From the NCBI RefSeq assembly GCF_006345805.1, contig NC_043001.1, positions 81,468,001-81,532,000 of the forward strand: 64,000 nucleotides of DNA, read 5' to 3'. Both the position numbers and the translations under genes were made by a program. The DNA is from Octopus sinensis. Taxonomy: Eukaryota. The notes under the pieces are model-generated. The model searched no databases. It was not told the origin of the DNA and saw only the letters and a list, made by a program, of their open reading frames with translations. Below are positions 61,551-64,000 of the stretch, in pieces. The first letter of the stretch is position 1; each line of letters opens with the position of its first letter.

Positions 61551-63022
61551 TGCACATACATGCACATATCCCATAGCACATTATTCTGGACTGGTGTCTT
61601 TTATCATATTTGACTAATGTGAAACTGTTTACAAGCAAACGGTCGGTTTGGATGATGTGGCTGTAAAAACCTGCTCTCTCTCTCTTTTACTTGTTTCGGT
61701 CATTTGACTGTGGCCATGCTGGAGCACCGCATTTAATCAAGCAACTCGACCCCAAGACTTATTCTTTGTAAACCCAGTACTTATTCTATCAGTCTGTTTT
61801 GACGAACCGCTAAGTTACGGGGACATAAACACACCAGCATTGGTTGTCAAGCAATGCTAGAGGGACAAACACAGACACACAAACACACACACATACATAT
61901 ATATATATACTTATATACACGACGGGCTTCTTTCAGTTTCTGTCTACCAAATCCACTCACAAGGCTTTGGTCGGCCCGAGGCTATAGTAGAAGACACTTG
62001 CCCAAGGTGCCACGCAGTGGGACTGAACCCGGAACCATGTGGTTGGTAAACAAGCTACTTACCACACAGCCACTCCTGCTCTGTGTAAGCATTCGATTTG
62101 TTTGGGCACACTTACATTAAAAAACAATTTTAGAATGACTTTTTTCTGTCAAAACGCTAAAAGTAACTGACCAACAAAAAAAAGCAACCAAGATTCAACC
62201 AAATCAAAATATAAACCCAAATACTAAGCGAACAAAGATGAACCATCCCACTTCCATTGCGCTCGCACACGCACACACACACACACACCACACACACACA
62301 CACACACACATGCACATACATGCACATATCCCATAGCACATTATTCTGGACTGGTGTCTTTTATCATATTTGACTAATGTGAAACTGTTTACAAGCAAAC
62401 GGTCGGTTTGGATGATGTGGCTGTAAAAACCTGCTCTCTCTCTCTCTTTTACTTGTTTCGGTCATTTGACTGTGGCCATGCTGGAGCACCGCATTTAATC
62501 AAGCAACTCGACCCCAAGACTTATTCTTTGTAAACCCAGTACTTATTCTATCAGTCTGTTTTGACGAACCGCTAAGTTACGGGGACATAAACACACCAGC
62601 ATTGGTTGTCAAGCAATGCTAGAGGGACAAACACAGACACACAAACACACACACATACATATATATACATATATGCGACGAGCTTCTTTCAGTTTCTGTC
62701 TACCAAATGCACTCACAAGGCTTTGGTCGGCCCGAGGCTATAGTAGAAGACACTTGCCCAAGGTGCCACGCAGTGGGACTGAACCCGGAACCATGTGGTT
62801 GGTAAACAAGCTACTTACCACACAGCCACTCCTGCTCTGTGTAAGCATTCGATTTGTTTGGGCACACTTACATTAAAAAACAATTTTAGAATGACTTTTT
62901 TCTGTCAAAACGCTAAAAGTAACTGACCAACAAAAAAAAGCAACCAAGATTCAACCAAATCAAAATATAAACCCAAATACTAAGCGAACAAAGATGAACC
63001 ATCCCACTTCCATTGCGCTCGC

Positions 63023-63062
<40 letters not shown>
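61551..63062. repeat. Near-identical 760-bp tandem duplication (contains a SINE-B), bounded by (CA)n
   Basis: 61551-62310 versus 62311-63062, with only a few substitutions and microsatellite length changes. Confidence 0.95.
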
Positions 63063-63066
<4 letters not shown>

Positions 63067-63592
63067 TCACACTGAGTTAAAACGCTGTTGATAACTATTC
63101 ATATCCAGTACTGCTGCCGTAATCTCCTTTAGAGAGAATTAGAAATAATGATATTTCTATGTTTGAAAACCAGCGGATGTATTCCACTGAATTTAGGTAA
63201 ATAATCCTTCGAACATTCGGTCAGCAGCGATGCCTGCTTGGTCCAGCTACTCCACATTGATAAGAGGCAAACACCTCAAAACTAGTCTTTGGATGCCAGA
63301 CCAGCAAGGGGAAGCTGCTGACCTCCCCTGTTCAAAGATTATAATGGATACAGGTTTGTGTGTCACATAGCTAGCTAGAGGTGATTGCCTCTTGGAGCTA
63401 ATCAACGGCAGCATTCGTCCTATTTTTCAGGACTGCCATGTTAGCTTGGCAATAACTATTAATATCCAGTACCACTGCTGTAGTCTCCTTTAGAGAGAAT
63501 TATAAATAATGATATTTCCACAATATCTATTTCAATACACAGTTTCACATCAGGAATTTTGCAAAACCAATTCATAAATATATATATATATA

Positions 63593-63725
63593 TAAAGTAA
63601 ACAGAAAATGGAGAAATATTGATCAGCAACAATTGACTTACATCAATTATTACTTATTATAAAAGTAATAATTAATGTAAGTCAATTGTTGTTGATCAAT
63701 ATTTCTCCATTTTCTGTTTACTTTA
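63593..63725. repeat. 133-bp near-perfect palindrome next to (TA)n, related to family X
   Basis: Arms taaagtaaacagaaaatggagaaatattgatc... and its reverse complement, about 3 mismatches. Confidence 0.85.
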
Positions 63726-63799
63726 AATTTGATTCCTGATAAACTCATGTTTATCTTTGTCACTACCTGTAACCTACGAGCATAATATACTTGCATATG

Positions 63800-64000
63800 T
63801 ATGTCCAGGGTTAACAGGTAATTACACCAGTGTGTATGGAGGGGAGAAAATCAGGTGTAGAGTTGGTGAATCTCAGAAAGCATGGAAGTTTCGAAGGATG
63901 CAGTGCTCCGACAACTAACAATTGATGCCGGCAGTTTGTTCCATGCTTCAGCAACTCTCAGCATGAAAAAATGTTTCCTAAAGTCATGGGAGCTGTGCTG
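63800..64000 (-). mobile_element. CR1-clade LINE 3' end (runs off the window)
   Basis: DFRKHFFMLRVAEAWNKLPASIVSCRSTASF on the minus strand, the CR1 C-terminal motif. Confidence 0.85.

Overview
AT-rich, microsatellite- and retroposon-saturated eukaryotic DNA. The repeat families (tRNA-headed SINEs with internal (TA)/(TG) tracts, RTE, CR1 and L1-Tx1 LINE remnants, Penelope-like elements) point to an octopod cephalopod, probably Octopus; this is inferred from repeat resemblance only. One convincing host gene is present: a minus-strand, single-coding-exon BTB-BACK protein (ATG at 47977). It lacks Kelch repeats, starts with an MGxxxSK myristoylation motif and has a 28-aa tandem-repeat tail. The annotated 833-aa ORF is very probably cut short by two 1-nt insertions near 45480-45530, and the true C-terminus likely runs to 44877 (about 1032 aa). 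Most other listed ORFs are microsatellite artefacts or TE remnants. The most unusual signal is a set of Penelope-like element (PLE) and hammerhead ribozyme (HHR) sequences living inside (TA)n tracts. It comprises a Neptune-type PLE ending in a near-complete type I HHR (36151-36200); four 150-210 bp non-coding mini-elements with minimal HHR cores, including a tandem pair with 185-nt spacing and a variant CUGUUGA core; several long fold-back palindromes, two carrying decayed HHRs; and a second Neptune copy whose GIY-YIG endonuclease has an in-frame insertion of about 195 Asn/Ser/Thr-rich residues between the GIY and YIG motifs. There is a 100-N assembly gap at 42143-42242. No CRISPR, rRNA or genuine tRNA genes are supported. 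All folds, alignments and family calls were made by eye.
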